A stretch of 63,320 nucleotides of DNA, counting the filler, from Syncephalis fuscata S228 (Eukaryota > Fungi > Zoopagomycota): NCBI GenBank assembly GCA_025786725.1. It is 4 parts of 4 records of this genome, joined end to end, with 100 filler letters (N's around TTAATTAATTAA, not from the genome) between each part and the next. Parts side by side here need not be neighbours in the genome. Positions count along the whole stretch, not along the records: positions 1 to 31,464 come from JAHLTZ010000086.1; positions 31,565 to 42,758 come from JAHLTZ010000285.1; 2 more parts are not named here. One strand, 5' to 3'. This document shows positions 23,541-37,007 of this stretch, piece after piece. Under the pieces are notes generated by a model that saw nothing but the letters and a program-made list of their open reading frames with translations, was not told where the DNA came from and did not search any database. The first letter of the stretch is position 1. Each line of letters starts with the position of its first letter. A program made the translations under genes and the position numbers.

Positions 23541-24514
23541 TTTATTTATTGCCATTTAACATGATCCAGTGGTCAAATGGCTGCATTTAATAGCATCTAA
23601 TCTATTGAACATGCTAGTTGATGGTGAGTGACATCAATCATCAAATACTCATCGTTGTAGATTCATTATCCAGTATGCATATATTCAGTATACATATACT
23701 TTATTCACCTATATCATTCTATTTTATTCTATAATGATATATATCATTTTATAACATACTAGACACATTCTATTGTTTATATGTTTCAATATACTTTATT
23801 CACACCACTCATTATGCTATACACACTATAGCTTTGACATCGTTTTATATGCTTTCTCACCGTACATTTACCATTTTATATACTATTCTATACTCGCCTA
23901 GTCTTCCTTTATCCAGAACTGCTTTTATGTTTGTTCTAGCTTTATTATTAATAAATCTTGACTAATTCTGCTCATTGGTCATGCATATATTTTCAACAAC
24001 TTTGACACTACTAATCGTCACTTTAGTTTGGATATTCATTATACAACTTTATTGATTTATTACACAAGAGCTACGAACCGCCTAAAGTCGCTGTCCGTCT
24101 GGTTCTAGCTGTATTATTGATAAAGCTCAGTTCATTTACTCGTTAGTCTATATATACTTGAGATTTATAGCAAATGGGCTGTTTACTATGTGATATAATG
24201 ATATATAGTAGTGTGGGATATAATGAGAATGATATAGACGAATAGAAGATATATGTGTATTGAATATATGCATACTGGATAATAATCTATGATGATGAGT
24301 ATTTGATGATTGATGTCACTCACCACCCATCATCATGTTCAATATATTGAATATTATTAAATGTAGCCATTCAATCCTCATATCATACTAAATGTTAATT
24401 ATATAATATGCTATATGTCATGTAACATTATTATACACTTTTTATGAACAATTTATTAGCATTTTCTATTTAACTTAATATTTAATTCATATTAATTATT
24501 ATCGGTTACAAGCA

Positions 24515-25192
24515 TTATGGTGATGAAGAACGAGAACGGCGACGTGATCTGGAATGGCGTTGAGGCGATCGACTACGTCTACGGTCTTTCTTATCGCGCC
24601 TAGAGCGTTGACTGGAACGACGAGAAGATTTACGATATTCATCATCGCTATAATCATAGTAATTTATATCAATAATGTTATTAATTATTAAATAATATTT
24701 ACCTTGAAGTATCATCATCACTGCTGCTGCTACTGCTACTGCCACTAGAGTATTTTTTGCCTTTACCATGGCGTTTACGACGTGCTCGACGTCGCCTTCT
24801 ATCTTCCTCGCTATCAGTTGATTCAGACGAAGAAGAGGAGGATGAAGATGAAGATGAAGGACTACGCCGTCTTCGTCGCTTATGCCCCACTGTCTTCTTC
24901 TTTTTCTCAGAACGTTCCTCTTTTTCTTTCTGTGCTTTCTCTATTGCAGCCAATGCTTCAGCCGTTTTCTTTTGCAATGCCGTCTGCTTCTTGGGTGGTT
25001 CTATTTTAAGGAAATTGCGGCACTCAAGCGTGAGATGACCTACTGTAGTCTACCAGTTATATCTTTAGCTTTAAACGTCCGTTTTGAACACTTACAACCT
25101 CCACATTTCTTGCAGGCGCCCGTTTTAATGGATGAGCCGGCATCGGGATTGATGAGACGTTCAAACGCATCAATACCTCGCTGTTGGTCCAT
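24515..25192 (-). CDS. SREK1IP1-like zinc-knuckle, K/R/S-rich splicing-associated protein
   Basis: GACKKCGG|.GHLTLECRNF CCHC knuckle across an intron; RS-rich tail. Confidence 0.8.
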
Positions 25193-25454
25193 GATTACAA
25201 TGAATTGCTAAAAAGATGTAAAAATGAATATAATAGAATCGTTAATAATATTCTATAAAACATTAATTATGATAAAACTGTTAATATTTCAATGAGTACA
25301 AAATATTAAGCTAATTTCAATATTTACAATTAACTAATGATTTATTAATATTATTACTTAAATGAATAGTGCGAGTGTAGTTATATCAAAGTTAACCGAC
25401 ATTTGTTACCGCGTATTAACTAAATTTTATACCAATAAATAGATGGCTGTTTAT

Positions 25455-26693
25455 CTAATAACATTGACTTTTGTCGTTTAGTACTTCTTTGCTTCGTTCG
25501 TAGACAGGGAAGAATATACTACAGATGCAAAACCACCATACACTCCGTGGTATAGCACCTGCAAAAAAGGCTTGGCTTAGCGTAAATGCGCCTGGACGTG
25601 GCTGAGCACGTGCCTCAGCTATAATATTACGCGCGGCTCCTAGAACAGTAAGCAATTGTTTAGCCGATGGTTCGGCACCATTTGTTGCCAAACTACTGCG
25701 AGTCATTACCATGACTCGCGTCTTAATAACATCAAACGGTGTAGTAAGAAATCCAGCCATAGCACCGCTTACTCCACCAAATAGCGTACTAGCCATTGTG
25801 GGCACGCCACTTGCATCGCCATCCTTGTGCTGTTGTCCGCCAAGAGGACGCCAGCCACGCTGATGTGCAAGTTTAAAGTTTTCGTAAGTAGTAAATAGGA
25901 TAACCATGAATGGTACATCGCGTAGTGTGGTGGACCAAAAACCGCGGAATAAACCGCCAACACCCTCTGCTTTAAGCACTTGCTCAATGACTTCACGCGA
26001 CGATGAAGCTGTGCCTGCCTGCAAGCGCGTCGTTACTACTTCACGTGGTACTTTAGCAACGCTAGATGCAAGATCGCCAATGGTGGCGGCCATTGCTGAA
26101 GCCGGTACTTGTGATAGTTGTGGCATCCAATCTGGTACGGGTTTACTATGCGGCGATGTCGGCGGAAGGTGCATCAGATAGCCTTTGGCAAGTTCATAAG
26201 TTGCTAAACGCAACGCTCCCTATTGAATACAAATGCGAATGTAAATACTACAGTCTAATAGCACTTATTTCACTTACCTGCGGTGCTGCTCCACTTACAC
26301 TTGCGACAAATCCTTTACTTAGCACCGAAAACATCTCCTTGGTAAAAAGTCCTTTTATCGGCTGTGGTGTCGCCGATGTTACAACTGCCGCTTGTATTCG
26401 TGTTTTGAATGTATCCAATGGATGCATGATGGCATAAGCTAGCGCCAATGCAATACCACCAGATGCAAAATTGTCTAACCATCGTATCGGCCAGTTGGTC
26501 AGCTATTGTGGCTACTTGTTTAATATACTAAGCAAAACTACCTACTTCTATACAATTGTGGTCGTGTAAGACCATTTGGTAAACCGCTAGACATCACTTG
26601 TTCTAGTTGAGGTTTAAATGACACGATAGCATCTTTAGTTTTCACAGCTGACGGTACTGACTGCGACGGCAATACCAAAGGCGTAGAAGCCAT
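25455..26693 (-). CDS. mitochondrial carrier protein (S-adenosylmethionine carrier-like)
   Basis: Three carrier signatures HPLDTFKTR, VPREVVTTR, TPFDVIKTR; RDVPF. Confidence 0.85.
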
Positions 26694-27075
26694 ACTTTAA
26701 AATATATAAAAGAGGAATTCAAACTATGTAATAAAACGAGCTGCAAATGGTTTTGTTTTTTAACAAACAAAAGCGATGATCAATCGCTGTTACCATCTTA
26801 ACTTGTTATTACCATATTTAGAACAATAAATTATTTGGTTCCCACATTAAGAATCATAGCTGTATATATTTGCCATATTCCAGGCGTTTTTTACTTGTGC
26901 AAAATGTGGTTATACAACTAATTAATTTTTATTATCAATAAAAAATATCCAAGACCTTCTTACATCATTACACACATTATATTTTATAGCTGCATCACAG
27001 TTAATTGCAATTATTATGCTTGTTATTGTAACGATTGTTACTAGGTAGCACTTATTATGGTTTTATTACAATTGT

Positions 27076-27185
27076 ATCTACAATGATGAGTATTTGATGC
27101 CTGATGTCATTCACCACCCACCATTATGTTCAATAGGTTGGATGTTATTAAATACTAGCCATTTGATCACCAAAGTGTATTAAAT
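27076..27185 (-). repeat. solo MITE arm
   Basis: atctacaatgatgagtatttgat...caccacccaccattatgttcaata...agccatttga, same family as 7273-8131. Confidence 0.75.
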
Positions 27186-27308
27186 TATTATTATTGTTAT
27201 TTACTTGTAAAAGACAAGATTAAATATTACTGTCTAAATAAAACAATAAAATCAGTTTAATTCGTTTATTGGTCTAAATTTAGTTATTACATGGTAACAG
27301 ATATTGTG

Positions 27309-28733
27309 TTAGTATACATTCTTTTGTTGATGCTTTAGTTTTGCCGTGTTCATGTATTGCAGTCGATCCTTTAGTCTTTGCAGTAAAGGAATAATATACT
27401 CTGGCCGCGGTATATATTTATAATGTATTGCGCGTCGCAACACACTATAAAACCGTGGCTTGTCGCCAATGGCCGAAAATTCTTCCATTAATCGCCCATA
27501 GGTACGAGCAGGTAAATTTGGTAGCTGCGAACTAATTCGATCGGCCAGCACTAGATCGATGGATATAATACGACGAATAACTGCATCGGCTGCATAAGGT
27601 AGACAAGGAACAAGTCTTTTGTTCATCTGATTTAACACGTGGCATAGCGAAGTAAGACTACCACAAGCTGCATGTCCAACTACAAGAGCTGCCCAAGCTT
27701 CTGGCGGCCAGTCTATGCCAGCCTTGCGCATACGACCCAGTATGTGCTCTGTCGCTTGAAGCCACGTAGTCTGAGATGGGTCATAGGTATATTCTGGAAT
27801 ATATTTGCGCGCCTTTCTCCGTTTTCGCTCATAGTTAGTTATAGGGGTCAGATCATACTGCGTCAATTTGTTGCTTTGTAAATAATCTTCAATATCAAGC
27901 CAGTCCGATGTACGAGTGGCCATTCTTAGCATGACTGTAAATCCAAGAGCATCAGGGCAAAGACCAATGGCATATATTCTTGCCCATAGATTGCATACTG
28001 TGGACCAGTCTTTTGAGTAGCATGCTTTCCACATCACTAACTGATAGTCTGAAATATTAGGAGGCAATCCACATAAATGCATATCCTCTAAGATCGATAG
28101 CGTATTAGCAACAGAAATGTCAGCACTAGTCGAAAACAAACGAAATAAATAGCGAAAGTCTCGCCTACGTAGCTGGGCCTGTAGCTGGTTTGGCCGCAAT
28201 AATCGATAAGTATCAAATATACGCTTAGGCTCTTCGCTACGAGCAATAAGCGTGTAAAATTTGGTCAATAGTTGTAAAGACGAGTTTGGTATTTCGTAGT
28301 CTGTTTCTATAGCCGAAGCCAATTTAGCTAGTACCAATGGCGGCTGTCCACTACAGGTAGCAGCTACTGGTTGTTTACAGCTTAATTTCTTATAGGTCAC
28401 TGCACGCTTGGACCAGTCTCGGCAAAGTATATAGTCATACATACAGCGGTTATTAGAATAATTAGCCTCCACGGATACGTATTGCTTTCTTGGCCGTGCC
28501 ATATTCACAGCTTTCACTTTACATCGGTCAATTTCTAAATTTCCATTAATTGGCTTATTTTGAAAATTGGTCGTTAAATTATTGTTGGATACTGCTATCG
28601 GCTGATCAGTTACTATTAATGAACTAATTGTCCGTCGACTACAGATCTGCCGGCTACTGCCAATCGCTTGTCGTAAATAGCGTAAAGTTGCGTTGGATGG
28701 TACAAATACGCAGTGAATCCCTTGTGGCCGCAT
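27309..28733 (-). CDS. PPR-like helical repeat protein, probably mitochondrial
   Basis: 474-aa ORF with PPR-like motifs (LEDMHLCGLPPNISDYQLVM, GLCPDALGFTVML, MRKAGIDWPPEAWAALV); start uncertain. Confidence 0.65.
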   Translation of the reverse strand: MRPQGIHCVFVPSNATLRYLRQAIGSSRQICSRRTISSLIVTDQPIAVSNNNLTTNFQNKPINGNLEIDRCKVKAVNMARPRKQYVSVEANYSNNRCMYDYILCRDWSKRAVTYKKLSCKQPVAATCSGQPPLVLAKLASAIETDYEIPNSSLQLLTKFYTLIARSEEPKRIFDTYRLLRPNQLQAQLRRRDFRYLFRLFSTSADISVANTLSILEDMHLCGLPPNISDYQLVMWKACYSKDWSTVCNLWARIYAIGLCPDALGFTVMLRMATRTSDWLDIEDYLQSNKLTQYDLTPITNYERKRRKARKYIPEYTYDPSQTTWLQATEHILGRMRKAGIDWPPEAWAALVVGHAACGSLTSLCHVLNQMNKRLVPCLPYAADAVIRRIISIDLVLADRISSQLPNLPARTYGRLMEEFSAIGDKPRFYSVLRRAIHYKYIPRPEYIIPLLQRLKDRLQYMNTAKLKHQQKNVY

Positions 28734-29346
28734 TAGCTAATAGTCCAAGCGCAGCAAGGATGCAGCGACAATTAAACAACAGCCGTTTTGGTATTCGGCT
28801 CATAAACAACGAGAATCGTAGCAATGTTTGTATAGGCTAGCCGATTAGAATAAATACCACTTTACAGAACAGAATCACCTGCCAAAGTAAAGATCTATAC
28901 CTACGCAATCTTTCAATGGCACCGTCAAAGGTGATTCAATAAAAATGTAAAACACACAAATCGATTAAACACTTGTAGTTAAATATCTATTTGTTAGTTG
29001 CGCCCAATCAACGTTTATTAATCCAATTGATTCGCAGCTAAAACATAATGCTTTGTGATTAAAAACGGCGCTATTTTAAGCTGCGACTGCTCTACGCTTT
29101 CTTCTTTGCAGTTTATACACCACCACCATCATCCTTATTAAATAACTTTTTTTTCGCACCCACCCTTTCCTTATTCATTAGAATCGTGCCTGTACCATCA
29201 TTATTGGCAAATAACAATCTTGAATGTATATAATTGCTATTGCTATTGCTATTGTGGCCGGTAAAATTGGATTGGTCATAGTCCTGCTGTAAACGATCGG
29301 TTAGCATTGACGCCTTTGACCTCAGCAACCAGTTCCAATTCCACAT

Positions 29347-29437
29347 ACGCGTCTTTTGACAGTTGTCACGTGACATTCCCGTGATTTCACACGTATTTCC
29401 GCGTTAAAAGCGCGCTAAATACGCGCAGATCACGTGA
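29347..29437. promoter_or_regulatory. cluster of E-box (CACGTG) and CGCG/MCB-like motifs in a divergent promoter
   Basis: acgcgt 29347, perfect palindrome tgtcacgtgaca 29364-29375, agcgcgct 29409, tcacgtga 29430, in otherwise CpG-poor DNA. Confidence 0.5.
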
Positions 29438-29801
29438 CTTTTGATTAGTTTCCACCTTCCCTTTCTTCTTGTTCTGGAATGCACTTCCTTTTCATTATTA
29501 CTCTGCGCACAAGCCATTTCAATCGACAAACGCTGCTTACTTCTTTCACTTCTTGCTAGCCTTCTTCTTAAACGCCTGTCTTAAATTTGTTGCCAGGCTT
29601 TTTTAGCATTTGTTGTTGTAGAACAATACTCAGTGCTATTCATACTAGACTATAGCCATTGAATAGTCGAGTATAGACTCTTTAACGAACGACCTATTTC
29701 TTCTCCAAGTACTGTCCTTTTGTGCAGTCTTATTCGTAACTTGCTATATCATTAGCAGCACTAGCTTCATTGTTGGCAGTTGGCGACTTTGTATTGCCAA
29801 C

Positions 29802-30790
29802 ATGGACCGACTTTCATATCGTGCTAGTGCATCGTCTTCCTATGACAGACAGCACTATGCATACAGTGCTGGTAGTAGTACTCAGCACGTTTTTGATCGT
29901 GTAATAGCACATACACCAACTGTGGACAGTCTATTACGTAATCAGATGATTGTAGATGAGTATGACTTGTATGGAGAGCATCCTTCGCTACTGTCCTCGG
30001 AACTTACCGATGATGATGATCACTATATTAGCGACGAGGCCGAGGAGGAGGCTAATAAAGAAAACATTGAGCCTGCAAAGGCTACGCCTTCACAAGCTGC
30101 GCCTCCTACTAGACTGCCACGGCTATCGGATGTACCAGAACTAATGGCAATGTATCGACGTACCAACCGAGCTCATAGTACCCGAGTACCATCTAGTACA
30201 CGGCCTGCAACTCGTCGAGTAGTACCAGCACGTCCACAGCCTGCAACTCGTCGACAAGAATCAACGCGTCCACAGCCTGCAACTCGGCAGGTAGAACCGG
30301 CACATCCACAACCAGTAATCCGTCGACAAGAACCAATCATTATGGAGGACGATATTTTACACAAGTATCACCATCTTTATATGCGGAAACTCCTCCTACA
30401 ACTCCATGCCAACAGTCACATGCTGTTGCTATGCATATTCCACCTGTAACTTGTCCGGTGTACGATCATCCATCACAACACCAGTCAACATCGACCAGTT
30501 CCTCGTCCATGAATGTTGACGACGAAAGTTGCAGTGACGAATGTTACGACATTGACTACGATGCCGATGTATCTTGGAATAGCAGTGGCGGCGTTATAGA
30601 TCAACGCCACTTGCAATACAATTTCAACCGCAGGATTGAAGCAGATTTATTCGACACTATTTCTGATACAGAAAATAATGAACCGTCACGGTCCAATAAG
30701 CGTCGCCGCACTCACGACCACAATGGGTCACGAAGTCAAGTGGCAACTCGACGAAATCACGTCGAGTTCCAATTGCTTAAGTTGGTATAA
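29802..30790 (+). CDS. disordered hypothetical protein with 12-aa repeats; apparent frameshift near 30355
   Basis: EEEANKENIEP, repeated RPQPATRR; protein-like continuation (QVSPSLYAETPP...) lies in another frame. Confidence 0.5.
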
Positions 30791-31464
30791 TCACAATACC
30801 ACATCACCAACGGTGCTGATCTGTTTTATAATCACTGTTTGCATATTGTTACACTTTTTATTTGCTTGTTTTTTTATTTGACGTTTAAAATGTACAAAAA
30901 AATACATTCTGACGTTTATTCACTGTTTATAATCTTTTTTAATTTTTTTTCATTGCTACAACAGTATGTACTTAAATGGTGATTAGCTTTTCTTTTCCAT
31001 TTCTATTGCATCTTATCAACATGGCATCGTTGTTTGCTTTAAATAAATAGTTTATATCGGTGATTATAGTTGCAAATATGCAGTGTTTTAATTATTGTCT
31101 AGCTATTTTGGTATATTAATATAACTTATAATATAATGAACTCGATTTGGTTTTATTTTACGTTAACTCCCACATTTGAGTCAAAGCAAAATTTGTTTCA
31201 ATAGAAGTCATACTGTTATGCACAACAAGCATAGGTATAATGTTCATTACTACTTTGCAATTCACAGGGCCTATCATTTTTGCTGTTGGCTATGCGTAGA
31301 AAGATTGATCGAATATTAATAGAAGCCTTATGGCTGCAATTCCATGGCATTCCGCATTTGCTGTTGTTATATCTACGTACAGTGTGGATTATTGCATCTG
31401 AGTGGTCTTTTTTATTTTCTAATATTCTAATATTGCATTTTGAGCATATTTGCGATGTAAAATC

Positions 31465-31564
31465 NNNNNNNNNNNNNNNNNNNNNNNNNNNNNNNNNNNN
31501 NNNNNNNNTTAATTAATTAANNNNNNNNNNNNNNNNNNNNNNNNNNNNNNNNNNNNNNNNNNNN
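31465..31564. other. artificial contig linker/gap
   Basis: N44-TTAATTAATTAA-N44 (stops in six frames). Confidence 0.95.
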
Positions 31565-32699
31565 GTTCGGATTCCCGCTTGAAATGAAGCAGGTCGAGCA
31601 GGACATTACAGCATATGACAATGGCGTAGCTATGGCCACAATGAAAGTACCAATGGGCAAAGCATCAGGCACATCGGCATCAGGAAAGATTGTTACAGCC
31701 ATCGACAATATACCAATGAATGTGATACCGAGTCAACATGCACAATTCAGCAAATTCGTTAGCGATTTAACGCTGGGCAGTGGCAAGTCAATGACCATGC
31801 GTGGTACCGTGTCGTCAGTCGCAAGCACGGCTATTGGTGACGTGCGCATTGATGGAATTAAACTAGATCAAAGCGTGTCCATGCAAGGCTTACAGGGACT
31901 AGCTACTGCTCCTCTTGTTTCTAGCGATGTGCAAGTTAGAGGTGGAACAGCCGATGCTATGGAAATTGCTCTCACCTGTACCATGACCAATCCATCCAAC
32001 ATTGCTATGGCCATTGGCGATGTAACTTTCCAAGTCTTTTCTGAAGGTCAAGACGTGGGACGTGCGCTTATTCGTAATATGAAATTGAAGCCAGGCAGCA
32101 ATAGTGTTCCAAGTGTATTCTACTTTTCTCCCAAAACTCCTGCCGCACAAGCTGCAGGCAAGAAAATGCTTGAAAACTTTATGAGCGGTGTTGATCATCA
32201 AATTGGTATTGCTGGTTTCCAAGGCTCTACACCTGTTGCTTCACTGCTACAAGGGTTGTCCCAGCTCAAGTTCACCACTAGCGTGCCAGCCGTTCACGAT
32301 AAGATGCTTCGTGGCTCCCAGTACACACTCAATCTCTTGACCGTTCCGTTCACTCGCAAAACTAAGGCTCGCGTTCAAATTTATAATCCACTTGATGCAC
32401 CAGTCACTGTCACAAGAATGAAGGGCACTATGGTGACTAAAGGAACTACCATTGGTACCATCGACCAGACCTTTGGCAATGGCCAATTGGTATTACCACC
32501 AAAGGGTACCATTTGGACACCAGTTATTGATATGCATATTGCGCTTAGTCTTGGTGCTATTAAGGTTGTGCTTTCTTCACCCAATGGTGCCATGATCGTT
32601 GACGTTGACTCTTCTATGGATGCATTTGTTGGTGGATATCCCATCAGTCTCAATTACCGTCAGGGTGGTCTCAACGTTGAGAAGGTCAAAACTCTTTAA
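31565..32699 (+). CDS. DUF3712 (Tag1-like) protein, 5'-truncated by the gap
   Basis: Paralog of 34052-36513; repeated NPS..MAIGDVTF / YNPLD motifs. Confidence 0.75.
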
Positions 32700-34051
32700 T
32701 CAAGCCAGCCGATTAGCAATTGTGATTAAATCTATTTGCTGTTTTATTTAATATTTTGTTCCGTGGATTTGTTAATTAATGGTTTTTACTTGTAGTCCAT
32801 ATATTTGCTTAAATAAACGCAAAGTATGCAACTCAGTTAGTTGTTATTTGGTATAAATATTTAACTATTAGATATGTTACATTGAATTTATTGCACTGAT
32901 TAGCTTATCCAATCAAACTACCAACTACTTTAATGTTTATTAAACGCGTTAATGTACTACTAATAAGCATCATTATTTTTACACTTTATTATTTAAAGAA
33001 TTTACAAATTTTCGTATGTGGCTAGAAGTAGTAAACATTTGCAAAAGCTGTTATATTTAATACATTTATATTTGCAACTACTATTGATATTAATATTTCT
33101 ATGGTTGTTGCATATTTAATTTATATTAAATTACTAATTTTACTATAGTATATTAGCAAATAATCTTGGAAATCCATTCAATTTGATTTCTGTTTGTCAA
33201 TTGTTTGAGCTGTTTAAATAAAATCAAGCCAGAAATATTTAATATAATTATTTATTTTACTCAGGACAACAATTAGAACTCGTAATTATTATATCAATAA
33301 AAAACAAGCTTAAAATATACGGTAAAGGCAGTATATAAAATGCAGAGAATGTAGTGCAGAAAGTAAAGTAACGGCTCTATCTTGAACAAGTTTGCAATAT
33401 CGACCGAATGCCTAGGTATTATTCTCCAGAGTTGTACTCGCCTATGCCGAACGAATCAAGTGCGTTACACGGTATGCGGACTGTGATTCTAACCTGATGG
33501 TTTGCCTGTGTAGCCATATGCTTTGTTGTGATACGTCCACCGTCTGCATGCTCACATGTGGTTCAAGAGCTTAGTTGTAAATGGAATTTTTTGCTTCATT
33601 TCTCATTACCTTCTATTGCTATTCACCTAATATATACTGCTTATACTATCTATTATAATTATACTATAAATATTTTGTTTATTTGTTAAATATCTGGAGG
33701 GCTGCTGTAGATAATTCTTATTACTAGCCAAGTGTAAGTTAATACAATAGTATAGTTGCAGACTTGGTATCGGAATCACACGTTGTATTTGCAACTGCAG
33801 CTTGTAAATATTATTTAGTAAAAAACCATTACCGAATCATTATGTTTAAAGCTACTTGAGTTTACACTATGCAACGTATAATTACATATATGGCTAATCT
33901 AACATTTATTATTGCTGTTGTTTTTAGAAAACAAAATTAATAATTTTAAAGCAATCGATTATAGTACACAATACATATAATTTAGATTAAAAGACCAGCT
34001 TTATAACATCTGTATCTTTAAATATAACACATTGATTCTATTAATTACACA

Positions 34052-36513
34052 ATGTCAAATAAGATTGATTCAGCTGAAGATCAGCATGGCTTTGTTGAGG
34101 TTCAGCCAGCATATGTGGGCAACGGGAGCAATGTTCAGTTTGATTTAAGTGGATACGAACACGAGACATCGTCACCAGTTGCACCAGCATTTAATTATGC
34201 GCCCAGTCATCATACAATTGATCTTAATGATCAACCACAAGAAATCAAAGCGCCAACAAGCTCGACGCCGTTTTTTAAAAACCGCCGTCGAATGTGCCTA
34301 TGCATTTGCTGTCTACTTATACTAATTATTCTTGCTATCCTTATTCCGGTTGTCATTTTTGTTGTTGTTCCAGCAATTGCACAATCCAGCGTCAATGGCT
34401 CCAAGATGACAATTACTTCGGTCGATATTGGAAGTCCCCGAGAAGATTCGTTTACCATGAAAATGGCCGGTACTGTGACAGATACTGGACCTTTTGATGC
34501 GCAAATTGAGTTGAAAGACAAAGTGAAAATGTATTACAACGATGAAGAACTTGGACAAATGACCATGGATCCAATTAATGCAAAAGCCGGTGTAGGTGCT
34601 ACCATAGACGCTGCACCTACATTCGAAGTAACCAACAAAGATGCCTTTGGTCGCTTTTCTAAAGTTATGATGGGTGAGAAAAGTTTTACATGGGTCATGA
34701 AAGGAACCGCTCGTGTACGTGCAATGGGTTTGCTTACCATTGACAACATTAAGCTAGAAAAGGAGCTGACATTTGCTGGTATGTACAGCGACATTAAATA
34801 CAAATTGAATTACACTTACACTGCGCTGCTATAGGTATGCAAAACTTTTTGAATGTTAAGATCAAGTCATTTGATTTACCATCAAATCATCCACTTGGTG
34901 GCATTACAATGAACGTCGAGTCATCAATGGAAAATCCATCGATATTTGGCATGGAATTAGGCCATTTAACATTCGATATATTTTACAAAGATGTACAGAT
35001 TGTCACAGCTAACGCTACCGGGATCAATCTTGTGCCGGGTGTAAATGGACTTGAAATGAAAGGCCGTATGATTCCACAATCACGCAGTGAAGATCTTGCT
35101 GTGGTCGGTAAAATGTTTAGCGACTACATGAATGGCCGATCGTCGGACATGAAGGTTGTTGGTGTTTCAGTACGCCCAACACCCGACAGCAAGCCGATTT
35201 CATGGCTACAGGCTGGCTTTAATGGACTGACGCTTAACGTGAAGCTGGACAGCAAAGAAGATGGCCGACTAATCCAAAGTCTTGATCTTGGTCCGCTTGA
35301 AATGAACTTTTCACCATCGACGGCATGGTCGCCTGTTACGTCGGCACCGAATGTCGTAGCCGGATTTAAGATGCCGTTCGGATTCCCGCTTGAAATGAAG
35401 CAGGTCGAGCAGGACATTACAGCATATGACAATGGCGTAGCTATGGCCACAATGAAAGTACCAATGGGCAAAGCATCAGGCACATCGGCATCAGGAAAGA
35501 TTGTTACAGCCATCGACAATATACCAATGAATGTGATACCGAGTCAACATGCACAATTCAGCAAATTCGTTAGCGATTTAACGCTGGGCAGTGGCAAGTC
35601 AATGACCATGCGTGGTACCGTGTCGTCAGTCGCAAGCACGGCTATTGGTGACGTGCGCATTGATGGAATCAAATTGAATCAGAAAGTAACTATTGAAGGC
35701 TTACAAGGATTAACCACTGCTCCTGTTATAGTAAGTAATGTTCAACTTGTCGGCGGTACACCAGAGGCATTAGAAATTCACATGACCTGTACCATGACCA
35801 ACCCTTCCGACTTGACTTTATTAGTTGCTGCTGAGTTAGCTCTTAAAATTTCTGCTGATAATGAAGATGTTGGCAAAGCAATCATTAAGACTATGCAATT
35901 AAAACCGGGCGTCAACAATATTGACGCAATATTTTATTTTTCGCCACAAACTGAAGCAGCGCACCAAGTAGGCCGACGCATTTTAGAAGGATTTATCAGC
36001 GGCACCGACTTTAGAGCCGGTATTGCAGGATATGATGAATCCACCTCGATTGGCTCGCTTTTAAAGGGATTTTCGCAACTAAGATTTGTCTCAAGTGTGC
36101 CATCTAATCATGAGCCACTTGCGCGTGGCGGTAAATACGTGCTTAATCTTCTTTCAGTTGCTTTGTCAAGCCGAACCCAAGCAAAGATTACTCTTTATAA
36201 TCCTTTTGATACCGCCATGGTTATCACGACGCTTAAAACGCCCGTAATTTGTAAAGGAATGACTTTGGGAACTGTCGAGGCCCACTTTCCTGGAGAAGGC
36301 TTTGTTTTGGCACCAAAGACCACAACCGAGTCGCCAGTATTGCAGCTAGTAATTACTATCAGCTTAGGCGTGCTTACTAGTGTCCTTACCGCGCCAAATG
36401 GTCTATTGATTGCCGATATCGATGGTGTTATAAATGCAAATGTTGGTGGATACCCGCTTGAATTAAGCTACAAGCAGAGTGGGATACGAATGGAACGTGT
36501 TGGCTCCCTTTAA
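34052..36513 (+). CDS. single-TM DUF3712 (Tag1-like) protein, one intron 34779-34834
   Basis: N-terminal TM (CLCICCLLILIILAILIPVVIFVVVPAIAQ), GPFDAQI, FDLPSNHPLGGI, NPS. Confidence 0.8.
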
Positions 36514-37007
36514 CTCATACTATAGCTACATAAGCAGCGCGAATACCCTGTAAAGACCATTAATTATTGTTATATTCAATAAAGACTCGGACAGCGCTTT
36601 AACAAAAATTGAACCAAATAGTTAATACAATGATTGTATTATATCGCTTAAGCAATTTTATATTTATTTAAATAACAATAATATAATTTAAAATTATTTA
36701 TTCTATATATATATATATATCAAGTTGCAATGTAATTATTACTATAGTTATAAATCATTGTAAACTAGGCACTCGATTCGATATTAGATTGTTCATTTAT
36801 TATTTGTATTGTAAATATAGCTTAAGTTAATAAATAATATAAAGTAAAATTACCATTAACAATAAAAGTGTGCGCTAACATCTGTTTACAAGCAAAGTAA
36901 TACCGTCATTACCATTATATGGCCAGTATAAGCAGTACAGTATGCAATTAACAGTCTTTTTTTAATAAAATATGAAGCAAAGTGCTGAAGTAATAATGAT
37001 AAACAGC

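Larger units (their letters stand above)
20765..24393 (+). mobile_element. composite repeat copy C (MITE arm with SINE insertion + structured element + full MITE 23554-24393)
   Basis: Direct copy of A and inverted copy of B. Confidence 0.85.
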
